Part shown: positions 9,225 through 17,560 of the stretch, in pieces | Position numbering within the stretch: the first letter of the stretch is position 1 | Layout of the letters: each line of letters starts with the position of its first letter | Translations under genes and position numbers: made by a program | The notes under the pieces: model-generated | The model's database searches: none | What the model was told of the DNA's origin: nothing | Seen by the model: only the letters and a program-made list of their open reading frames with translations | Assembly (NCBI GenBank): GCA_043732185.1 | Contig: JAYTHY010000098.1 | Location: 1-25,555, forward strand | From: Fibrobacteria bacterium | GTDB taxonomy: Bacteria > Fibrobacterota > Fibrobacteria > UBA11236 | DNA length: 25,555 bases | Reading direction: 5' to 3'

Positions 9225-10881
9225 CAATTGCGATTCCATGCGCTGGATAGGGTCGATTTGTAATGCTGGTGTGTGATCTAGCCAATTCCCCGTCCGTACC
9301 GTCATTAGGCAAGTCCTTGACGGAAACCAAATCTCCGGCCAGCATAAAATTGTTTTCGTCTGTGCCGTAGGTCAAATCCTGCCACCAGCGGTCGGGATCG
9401 TTGGTATCGTAATTCACATATTTGGACATTAGCCGCATACGCGACCACAAATCATGGCGCCACGGTGTAGCCACGCCACGATCATCGGTATGGGCATATT
9501 GGGCGCGGGTCAGTTTCAGCATATGTCCAAATTCATGGGCCAGCACACGGCCCATCATCGGCATGTCCGCCTCCTTGCTGGAAAAAACCGCGGAAGGGTT
9601 AAAGGCCCAGCGATTTCCGGCATGGGCAAGCGGAGTGGAATTTTCCAGCACCCCATCCGCATTGTGATAGGTCATGCTGAGAAGTTGGGTGAAGTAAATA
9701 TTCATGACGCCACTGCGGTTTAATCTCCTAGCGATGGTGCTGGAGCGAATATGATTGTGAACATAGTCATCGGCCACCATTCCTGCTTGCGCCTCATCCA
9801 AAATATGCGATTCAAAGGCGCGAAACACAAAACGCACGCCTGCAGGATTCCAGATGTCGTTTATTCGATCGATAAGCGATCGGGCTTCCGCTTCCGTCCA
9901 GTTTGGTGGATTTGCCAATTCCGCACCTCCGGCATCGCGCACTGTCAAGAGGTGACCCCAAAGGTCCACTTGCATAAGTGCAACCACCTTAACATCGAGC
10001 GAGGCAATGATGGGTCCATCCGCAGTTCCTTGATGCATCTCTAACACTTCATCGCCCGTAGCCACGGCGCTGAATTCAAAACGATCATTGTAAGTGGTCA
10101 TGATGCTATTGGTAACGGACACGGTACCATTGCCGGAATGAGCCGTTAGGTGCCAGGGAAAACTGCTTTCGTCCAAATTGATTGGAAAGCAGCCAAGTTT
10201 ATAAACCGGGGAGGGAGCTTCACCGGCCACCGGAGCGGGAAGAGAGAGCTTCATGGCCTCGCCTCCCCGGAAATCGATCTGTGGCGAGTCTCTGCGCGTG
10301 GCGCCAACATTGGCCCTTTCAAAATAGGCCAAGTAACGACGATTGAGCGGTTGTTGCCCGCCAGGCATATGTCCAGCGCTACTAAAAATCTGATTGATTT
10401 TAGTACGGGTATTTGACCCAGCAACCCCATCAATAACCAATCCGTGGTCCGCTTGAAATTGCAAAATGGCTTGTTCCGCCAAATCATTCATGGCATCGGT
10501 TACGGCCCCATGATGGTAGCCGAGAATTTGCAGTCTTTGTAACGCGCCTTCCAGATTGGTATTCGGCCGCAGTGCACCATCCCATACCACAATCGTCCGC
10601 TCACCGGTTGGATCCGGATCGGTTCCGTTCACGCGAATGACGTTATACTGGGTTCCGAACAATTCGAGAATCGCCGTCTCACCCACAGGCATGTCGAAGT
10701 GATAAATGCCCTCAACGGGCTGCACCTGAGACACCGCTCCGGAATGTAAAGTGACCGTGGCGTCCCCACCCGTTGTGATGCGCCGGTTCGCTACCGTACC
10801 CGGTCGTGTTTGAAAAACGATATGCACCGCGGCGGTATTGAAATGCGCCGTAGATCCTGAACTGCCATCACCTTCTGCCAT
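9217..10881 (-). CDS. Peptidoglycan-binding-domain zinc metallopeptidase (metzincin-like), putative injected effector
   Basis: PG_binding_1-like segment LQRLQILGY..AILQFQADHGLVIDGVAGSNT; zinc motif LAHEFGHMLKL with a later His (QYAH) and possible Met-turn (RMRLM); no signal peptide; lies in the vgrG island. Confidence 0.8.
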   Translation of the reverse strand: MAEGDGSSGSTAHFNTAAVHIVFQTRPGTVANRRITTGGDATVTLHSGAVSQVQPVEGIYHFDMPVGETAILELFGTQYNVIRVNGTDPDPTGERTIVVWDGALRPNTNLEGALQRLQILGYHHGAVTDAMNDLAEQAILQFQADHGLVIDGVAGSNTRTKINQIFSSAGHMPGGQQPLNRRYLAYFERANVGATRRDSPQIDFRGGEAMKLSLPAPVAGEAPSPVYKLGCFPINLDESSFPWHLTAHSGNGTVSVTNSIMTTYNDRFEFSAVATGDEVLEMHQGTADGPIIASLDVKVVALMQVDLWGHLLTVRDAGGAELANPPNWTEAEARSLIDRINDIWNPAGVRFVFRAFESHILDEAQAGMVADDYVHNHIRSSTIARRLNRSGVMNIYFTQLLSMTYHNADGVLENSTPLAHAGNRWAFNPSAVFSSKEADMPMMGRVLAHEFGHMLKLTRAQYAHTDDRGVATPWRHDLWSRMRLMSKYVNYDTNDPDRWWQDLTYGTDENNFMLAGDLVSVKDLPNDGTDGELARSHTSITNRPYPAHGIAIDA

Positions 10882-10986
10882 ATCCGCCTTTCACTGGATT
10901 GAGGCTTCGTTAATCAGATTGAGAAAGAAACCTTTTAGTCTTGTCCTTGGAATTTAACCCACTATAGTTTTAAAAAAATATTTAAC

Positions 10987-11682
10987 CTAATGCTGATAAA
11001 AATAGGTCCAAGTCGAATCCCCATCGAGTTTAACCCCACTAAGAATAAACTCATCCTTAAGCTCTGAGTCGCCACGCTTATGAATATATGCGTATCGAAT
11101 AATTCCCAAATCAGGGTGAAATTCATACTCGGTAGAGTCAGAACTAAAATGTTCTTTCTTTGCTTCTTTCTCTCCTTTTTTGATGTTATAACATCCAGAT
11201 AATTTTTCCAGACTACAATTTTCTTTAATTGTAGCCTCTCGAAGGCGTACACCAGCATCGTCAATGGTGAAATAACAGTCCCCTTCAATCGTTCGCGCAG
11301 ATAGTACGCCTTGGGAATCGACTGTCAATTCCCAAACACCAACCTTATTTCTATCCTTTTCCTCATCATTCGTAGCGTAATAATATTGAGCGAATTTAAC
11401 CGTCAAACTTCCAGCCACCGCTTTGCGTTCAATCACCGAATCAATTACAATTCCACTACTTTTACCTAAAGTAAATTCTGTGTACGTATTTTCCTTAATG
11501 CGTTCCAAAAAGGGAGGAAAAGCATTGGATAAACCAGGAGAGTTAATCTTGGCTACTTGTGGATTGCCCAGTGACTGAACTTTTTTACAGTTAATTAATG
11601 AAAGACAGAGAACGAAGAAAATAAATAAATATACCGAATTCTTGGGGGTAGTTTTTTTGAACTTTCTCGTAGCAATCATCAT
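10987..11682 (-). CDS. Hypothetical lipoprotein (orphan immunity candidate)
   Basis: Basic N-terminus, hydrophobic core and LIN-C lipobox; markedly AT-rich. Confidence 0.72.
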   Translation of the reverse strand: MMIATRKFKKTTPKNSVYLFIFFVLCLSLINCKKVQSLGNPQVAKINSPGLSNAFPPFLERIKENTYTEFTLGKSSGIVIDSVIERKAVAGSLTVKFAQYYYATNDEEKDRNKVGVWELTVDSQGVLSARTIEGDCYFTIDDAGVRLREATIKENCSLEKLSGCYNIKKGEKEAKKEHFSSDSTEYEFHPDLGIIRYAYIHKRGDSELKDEFILSGVKLDGDSTWTYFYQH

Positions 11683-11801
11683 TTGTCTAACCCAAATTGA
11701 TCAAGAACTAAATTGAAATCTGGCGCAAACTTTGGACTTTGATCTCTGTATTTATCCAAAGTTCGGATCTCCGTAGCCATTAAACGGAAGAGACTGTAAT
11801 C

Positions 11802-12269
11802 CTAATGGCTGTATTCGCATGCCGCCGACACACCTGGTCCAACATTTACGAATTTACATCGTCCAGATACATGAGGTCGAATCGGGATAAGCAAATCGAT
11901 GTCGAAATACCTTTTGGATTTTGGATCTACTTCTCCCAGATAGGAGCATTTTAAATAAGGGTCGATTAGAGACGTATCCAAGTATTCTACCGCAAAGGTT
12001 GAATCGGGACTGTCCTCGAAGTACATGATTTGATCATCCCACGCTCGTTCTTGAAGTCTAGATCCGGACTTGGTGATTAAACAGCCGTCTCGGAAGCCTA
12101 CCTTTGAGTCTGGTAACACACCTAACAAAATCGATTCTGAAGGTAGCGTTTGGCCTTTCACTAAGGAATCCGGGCAGCGGACGCCTTCCTTTTTTGAAGG
12201 CCTATCAGAGGCATTGCAGGAAATTGACAAAGCGCAGATACCCGTCAAAATCATTCGCCAATATTTCAT
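11802..12269 (-). CDS. Lipoprotein, putative immunity protein of the PAAR-amidase effector
   Basis: MKYWRMILTGICALSIS-C lipobox; several further cysteines; starts 28 nt downstream of the effector stop. Confidence 0.75.
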   Translation of the reverse strand: MKYWRMILTGICALSISCNASDRPSKKEGVRCPDSLVKGQTLPSESILLGVLPDSKVGFRDGCLITKSGSRLQERAWDDQIMYFEDSPDSTFAVEYLDTSLIDPYLKCSYLGEVDPKSKRYFDIDLLIPIRPHVSGRCKFVNVGPGVSAACEYSH

Positions 12270-12297
12270 CCGATATACTCCATTTATTCAGTGTGAA

Positions 12298-14097
12298 CTA
12301 TTGATCGGTTAATACAACAAAATATTCTTCCCCATCATCTACCCATTTTACGCGATTCTTGTGCTTGTCACCCTTAGAGTCCTTCCATGTCTCTTTCGTT
12401 GGTGAACCAGTTTTTTCTTCATCCGCGTTCGTGCTGTACCGTTTTTGTCTTCGACGAATACGGGCAGTAGAATATTGGCCCATTAACCAAACCCCACTTT
12501 CGGCATTCAGAGTTTTCAAATAATCTTGGTAATCATCGTGACTCAGATAAATTCCGACATGGGATCTACCCGATGTATCGCTGTAGTATAGTCCATCCCG
12601 TAGCGTTGCCACAACTGTTCCTTCCGGCAATTCACCGGATTTTAAGTTACAGACTCGCGGCCCTTTTTTCCAACTTGAAGTCTGTGGTAATCCAAAATAC
12701 CTGACGAAAGATGCGCACTGGTTGTTAAATCCTTTAGGTAGGTCCATTCCACTAGGTATGATTTTTTCCGGGTTCAATTGAATGGCGCAACCTTCGAATT
12801 TCTTGAAGTCTTTAATCACATAGCCTTTGCCACTAAAACCATCAAAGCGGATTCTATCAAAAGCGGCCTCGGCATTTTCATCCTTATTGGCCACTGCTTT
12901 CAAATCCCCCGTGCCACTACCTCCATGGGGTTCTTGTTCCTTCTCTGGAACTGCCGGTCGATCCTTATCCGCAGTAGCTTTCGGTCCATTATCCGCGGCT
13001 GGCTTCTGCTCTCCAACCCCAACTTTCGTATCCCCAAAAACCACCTGAAACCTACCCCGAATCACCTTCTCATGTTTAGCCTTACCCTGCCCATCCAACT
13101 TACCCTTTAGCACCGCACCATCACGCAGCGTCAACGTATAAGGCATGTCCTTCCTCGGCTTGCCGGCATCGCCAGTCAAAACAATTTCCACCGTATCATG
13201 CACTTTGAGCGCTGAACTTACAGCCACACATGTCCCCACGCAAACCATGATTTGAAACGTCTCGCAGGTTTCCAGTTCGGGCTTATGACCAGTCTCGGAC
13301 AAAAGCGAAGCCTTGGCGTCCCAGGTACCCGCTACCTTTCCGCCCTGTACTTTTTTCTCCTCCGTGACCACCATGATTCGTAGTCCACCTTCACCGGTGC
13401 CATACACGCTCACCCACGCCTGCGCCCCTTCATCAAAACCGTCCGCTTTCACCGACCAGCCGCAGGATTCGGAGGCGGCGATTTCCGCCTTATCCCATTT
13501 GGCTTCGGATAAAACCGGGATGGTAACCGTGAAGATACCTTCCTTGACGTATCCGCTGTAGGAGCCTTTGCCATCCATGCTGCTGGCACCTACAATTAGC
13601 TTGCCATCCGGGTCTTTGAGTGTAAAAGGAATGCCACCGAGCGGTTTTCCGGCGGAATCTAGGAATTCAAAATCGACGGAATGTACTTTAGGCGGGGCTG
13701 CTGGTGGTTCCGACAGTGGGAAGGGTTTTATGGCTTTAGGTCCAGTCTTGCCTGCGGCGGCTGCGGCAGCTGCGGCTTCGGCGGCACCAGCTTGCGAACC
13801 GCTGCCAGCCTCGCCGATAAGCACCGTAAAGCAGCCCATGGCATTCATAGAAGGTGGGCCCACGCATACGGCTTGATCGGAAATGCGTGCCGCCGGTTTC
13901 TTGCCTACGAGCACACCCATGCTGCCGAGAATAATCGGCCCGCCCACATGCGGAACCGGGCCCGTGCACATGGGGCAGACATGCATATCGCCCAAAGTCG
14001 AAGCGGGCATTTTTCCGATGAGTACGGTAGGGAGACCAAGAACAATGGTGCCGCCGTGCGCGGTCAAATCACCCATACGAGCTGCCGGTTTGCCCAT
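12298..14097 (-). CDS. PAAR-domain specialised effector with two transthyretin-like linker domains and a C-terminal Tae2/BPSL0067-like peptidoglycan amidase
   Basis: N-terminal KPAARMGD..MHVCPMCTGPVPHVGGPI..KPAARISD; C-terminal QCASFVR..PQTSSWKKG..GTVVAT..SHVGIYL..MGQY (Cys/His amidase pattern); start overlaps the DUF2169 stop by 1 nt (TGATG). Confidence 0.87.
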   Translation of the reverse strand: MGKPAARMGDLTAHGGTIVLGLPTVLIGKMPASTLGDMHVCPMCTGPVPHVGGPIILGSMGVLVGKKPAARISDQAVCVGPPSMNAMGCFTVLIGEAGSGSQAGAAEAAAAAAAAGKTGPKAIKPFPLSEPPAAPPKVHSVDFEFLDSAGKPLGGIPFTLKDPDGKLIVGASSMDGKGSYSGYVKEGIFTVTIPVLSEAKWDKAEIAASESCGWSVKADGFDEGAQAWVSVYGTGEGGLRIMVVTEEKKVQGGKVAGTWDAKASLLSETGHKPELETCETFQIMVCVGTCVAVSSALKVHDTVEIVLTGDAGKPRKDMPYTLTLRDGAVLKGKLDGQGKAKHEKVIRGRFQVVFGDTKVGVGEQKPAADNGPKATADKDRPAVPEKEQEPHGGSGTGDLKAVANKDENAEAAFDRIRFDGFSGKGYVIKDFKKFEGCAIQLNPEKIIPSGMDLPKGFNNQCASFVRYFGLPQTSSWKKGPRVCNLKSGELPEGTVVATLRDGLYYSDTSGRSHVGIYLSHDDYQDYLKTLNAESGVWLMGQYSTARIRRRQKRYSTNADEEKTGSPTKETWKDSKGDKHKNRVKWVDDGEEYFVVLTDQ

Positions 14098-15194
14098 CAG
14101 TTCTCCTCGATTCCAAATTCCAAAGTTGTGAAATCCTTCATGCTTTCCGGCCCGCCATAATAGGCGCAACCTCTCCAAGTCAATGCGATTTGGTTGGTCG
14201 CTTTGTAAATCACCGCTGTCTGCAGCACCATGGCCATGGATTCCGGCCCTTCGCCTACATCCAGCCAGGCTTTGGGTTTGATGCCCGGCAATTGAAAAGA
14301 GAATTGCGGCGTGTCCGCATCCATAAAGGCCATCTTGATGGTTTCATCACCATGCAAATAGGGGAATCGCATGCCCGGGGCCGCGCCGTTGAAGAATTGT
14401 GGGTTGAGCATGGGTGGTACTTGTGAAGGTTGCCTCGAATTGGGCGTACCCACTTCCGGCGCGGCGTGTAAAGCGCGTTGGCGTTCCGCTTCCGATTTGG
14501 TCCACTCCTCTGGTGGCAATCCTGCCCACGTGAATCTTGGATGCGAATTTTTATTGATGCAGCCGAATGCAACAGGCTCGGGCGCTCCAGCCCAATTTTC
14601 ATATTTGCCGATGGCCAGATTCTGAGGTGTCAGCAGACGTTCGGGATCCTCGATATTGGGCAGGAGCAAATCCTGTACTGCTTGTGGTATTTTCTTAACT
14701 GTGAATCCGCGTCCCACGGGATTTTTCAAATAGGACCAAGTGAAACCCGGATCGGATTTTGTGTCTAGACCTCCATAGGCCCTGGAAAAATCGAGCGGCA
14801 TTTCGGAAAAGGGTTCCGGAGCGGAAAAGGCCAAACCTGTGGCGGTGACGAATACCTTGCGATCTCCAAACACGCGCGCAATTTTACGAGCATTGCCCAC
14901 TTGAATGCCGACCGTCAATTGGTCGATTTTTTTACCACCCGGAACATGGGCCTTACCGATGAGAATCACATCGGTCAAAGGTTTGTAGGCGATCAAATCG
15001 GATTCTAAGCGCAGGGCATTGCTTTGGGGATTGCCTTCACCCCAAAACTCATCCGCTTCCACGATTTCAATTTGCTCATCGTCCAACCAGGCGGTTTTGC
15101 CAGATGCGAATTTATATGTGCGCTTGCCGATCACGGATAGGATGGGAGAACCATCCGGAGCGTTACCGGGCGCTAGGCGGGATATCCATTTCAT
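14097..15194 (-). CDS. DUF2169 T6SS adaptor/chaperone
   Basis: Motifs ESDLIAYKPLTDVILIGKA, VFGDR, PFSEMPLDFSRAYGG, NPVGRGF, LPNIEDP, FFNGA, LHGDETI, LTWRG; lies between vgrG and PAAR. Confidence 0.92.
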   Translation of the reverse strand: MKWISRLAPGNAPDGSPILSVIGKRTYKFASGKTAWLDDEQIEIVEADEFWGEGNPQSNALRLESDLIAYKPLTDVILIGKAHVPGGKKIDQLTVGIQVGNARKIARVFGDRKVFVTATGLAFSAPEPFSEMPLDFSRAYGGLDTKSDPGFTWSYLKNPVGRGFTVKKIPQAVQDLLLPNIEDPERLLTPQNLAIGKYENWAGAPEPVAFGCINKNSHPRFTWAGLPPEEWTKSEAERQRALHAAPEVGTPNSRQPSQVPPMLNPQFFNGAAPGMRFPYLHGDETIKMAFMDADTPQFSFQLPGIKPKAWLDVGEGPESMAMVLQTAVIYKATNQIALTWRGCAYYGGPESMKDFTTLEFGIEEN

Positions 15195-17362
15195 CAGTTT
15201 ATCATCACCATGCTTCCTTTAACGGTATTGATACCGGAGGCTTCCACATTTGTCATCACTCCCGTAACCTTGTTTTGCATACCTGCTTTGGAGTCGACGT
15301 TAATGGTCCCCTCCAATTTCAAATTGAGACCCTTTATACTGGCATCGGCGGTGGCTTCCAGAGTTACTTTCTGTTGGCCTTTGGCGCTGATATTGGCACC
15401 TTGCATTGCCAGGTCCTTGGCCGCTTTTACATTGATGCCATCCGATGTGGATTCCAAATTGATTTCCTTGGCGGTGATATCGAGCTTACCGGTGGCTTTA
15501 AACTCCATGTCGCCGGTGGTATGAATCGAAACCTTTTTCCCAGCCGCATCGATCTGGAGGGAATGCGATCCTTGACCGTCCTGCATGGCGATTAGTTTTT
15601 TGGCATCGTCCATCATCAGGATATGGCCGTCCTTAGTTTGCATGGCCAAGGATTTATTCTGATCGTCCAGGGTCAGCTTATGACCGTACTTGGTTTCCAC
15701 TGAAAAAACCTTTTTGTCGTAATCCATCTTAAGCGTATGCGCGCCATCGGGAGTAGAGATGCGGATATTCTTATTCTTGTCGTCGAAGACCATTTCATTC
15801 AAATCCGTAGTTTTAATATGGATTTCCTGTTGCTCGGCGTCATCGTTCAGGGTGATGACGTGTTTGCCTTTAGTTGTGATCTCGATGACGGTTTTATCAT
15901 CTTTGTCGTCCAGGCGAATCTCGTGCCCAGAGGCTGTGCGAATGATGCTTTCTGTATGGTTCCGTTTGTTCACCGGAGAGGCATTGCTGGGATTGGGCAG
16001 CGTGCCCAAGGCAACGGGCCTGTCGACATCCCCGTCCACAAAGGCCAGGACCAGATCGTTTCCATTGTGGATGGGAAAATGCATGCCGTAATTGGGGCCG
16101 CCATATGGCTGGTTCATGCGAATGGGCAGGCTGGCCTGACCGTCCTTGAGATCGGAAAGATCGAACGGAAGCTTGGCGTGATACAATCCATCATCATCCA
16201 AATAAGCGTGCTTGCCTTCCGGGCCGTCGACGCGGGCCGTAATGATTCCGCTGATTTTAGGACGATGGGTGCTGCGCTGCGGCCTGAAAACTACATCGGC
16301 GGGCATACAGGAAAACTCGTTGTGGTAAATGATATTTTCCGCTTCGCCCTCAAAGCCCTCACGCTGGTCACCATGATGATGGACGCGCACCAAGGTGTAT
16401 TTTCCCTTGAACGGGGAGAAGCCGGAGGGATCTTCCAGCTCAAATCGCATTCCGGCGCGAAAGGATCGGCAGATGCCTTCCCCTTCCAGCACCACCTTGC
16501 CAACCGAATTCATTTCCGCGCGTAGGCCGGCCATGCGCTCGGCTTCGGCCGTGGTCTTGACATGTGGGCTGAAGCGATAATCCTCACCTTGTCCGGGGCG
16601 GCTGGATTTTCCAATCACATTGGTGGCTGGGGTGCGGTAGTTATAATCCTTGACGGTCGCATTACCGGTCACCATGCGCTGAATGCGGAAAAGTTTGGTT
16701 ACGTGTTCCACGGCCATGTGGGAAAGCCCCGCTTCCACCGTGATTTCCACTTTGGGCGTATTTGGTATGGCCTTGATGGCATCGACTTTATCCGCCATGA
16801 TGAAAACGTCTTTCTCGCCTTGATGATCGAAATAATAGAAGATGCCCTCTTCCTCCATCAGGCGTGAAATAAAGTCGAAATCGCTTTCATTGTATTGCAC
16901 CGTGTATTCGCGTTCCAGGAAAGGGCCTTTGGCTTGAAAATCCCAATGGGTTGTTTTAGCCAACGAGGCGCCGGTCAGGACAGACTGGATAATTTCATTG
17001 ATTTTCTTTTTTTGGAAAATGCGGCTTTGCGTCGTATACGACAGCATGCGAACATGCGGTTCAATGATGATGATATAGGAATGGCCTTCTTTTCCAAAGT
17101 TGCCCGCGGAATCCGGTGCCATCCTGAACTCGGTTACCATGCCATGATGGTTAACGGTAAAATCTTTGCCTTCCACCTTGAGCGTGGTGTCTTTGGCAAT
17201 CATGTCCGCATAGGCTATTTCCCCATCGCCGGAAGAAGCGGTGACTCTAAGCAAGAAGCATTCGGAAAGCGCTTCGTTTAAATCGAACTCATGCACGCGG
17301 AAAGTATCAGGAGGCAGAGCGCCGATCTTCAACGTGAATTTCATGACGGTTGAGGAAGGCAT
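15194..17362 (-). CDS. vgrG: Type VI secretion spike protein VgrG/TssI
   Basis: Motifs EREYTVQYNESDFDFISRLMEEEGIFYYF, VKDYNYRTP, GMHFPIHNGNDLVLAFVDGDVDRPV; beta-repeat C-terminus; AAGGA RBS upstream. Confidence 0.96.
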   Translation of the reverse strand: MPSSTVMKFTLKIGALPPDTFRVHEFDLNEALSECFLLRVTASSGDGEIAYADMIAKDTTLKVEGKDFTVNHHGMVTEFRMAPDSAGNFGKEGHSYIIIIEPHVRMLSYTTQSRIFQKKKINEIIQSVLTGASLAKTTHWDFQAKGPFLEREYTVQYNESDFDFISRLMEEEGIFYYFDHQGEKDVFIMADKVDAIKAIPNTPKVEITVEAGLSHMAVEHVTKLFRIQRMVTGNATVKDYNYRTPATNVIGKSSRPGQGEDYRFSPHVKTTAEAERMAGLRAEMNSVGKVVLEGEGICRSFRAGMRFELEDPSGFSPFKGKYTLVRVHHHGDQREGFEGEAENIIYHNEFSCMPADVVFRPQRSTHRPKISGIITARVDGPEGKHAYLDDDGLYHAKLPFDLSDLKDGQASLPIRMNQPYGGPNYGMHFPIHNGNDLVLAFVDGDVDRPVALGTLPNPSNASPVNKRNHTESIIRTASGHEIRLDDKDDKTVIEITTKGKHVITLNDDAEQQEIHIKTTDLNEMVFDDKNKNIRISTPDGAHTLKMDYDKKVFSVETKYGHKLTLDDQNKSLAMQTKDGHILMMDDAKKLIAMQDGQGSHSLQIDAAGKKVSIHTTGDMEFKATGKLDITAKEINLESTSDGINVKAAKDLAMQGANISAKGQQKVTLEATADASIKGLNLKLEGTINVDSKAGMQNKVTGVMTNVEASGINTVKGSMVMIN

Positions 17363-17392
17363 GGTTCATCCTTTAAGGAGGTTTAGATGGTA

Positions 17393-17435
17393 ATTATAGA
17401 ATTCTTGCCTTTTCCAGATGGTGACGGCGGTCACA
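17393..17435 (-). promoter_or_regulatory. Putative vgrG promoter: TATAAT -10 with a CRP/FNR-family-like box in class II position
   Basis: Minus strand TGTGA-ccgccg-TCACC (17435-17420), 21 nt gap, then TATAAT (17398-17393). Confidence 0.55.
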
Positions 17436-17438
17436 TAC

Positions 17439-17470
17439 GAAAAGAACCCGGCCTGGACCGGATTCTTTTC
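17439..17470 (-). terminator. Intrinsic terminator (possibly bidirectional) after the 17561-18421 lipoprotein gene
   Basis: Plus-strand GAAAAGAACCCGG-cctgga-CCGGATTCTTTTC inverted repeat with a T-rich tail on both strands. Confidence 0.75.
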
Positions 17471-17560
17471 CTGACCCCCGCGGACCCGGTGGGTGGCAGG
17501 AGTCAGTTGCAGGGCAATTTATCTGGGAGGAGTGCGCCCTGACTGGTAGCCTACTCGTTT

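Noticed and set aside
13750..13800. GCN-rich repeat in the PAAR gene
   Set aside because: Encodes a poly-Ala linker using mixed codons; not a DNA-level repeat element.
14098..14178. Extended ORF-track starts (14178, 9305, 8455, 18508, 451, 21627)
   Set aside because: Downstream ATGs give signal peptides, RBSs or stop/start coupling and avoid long overlaps.
12298..17362. Complete T6SS cluster or prophage tail
   Set aside because: No Hcp/tube, sheath, baseplate, membrane complex, capsid or integrase genes are in the window.
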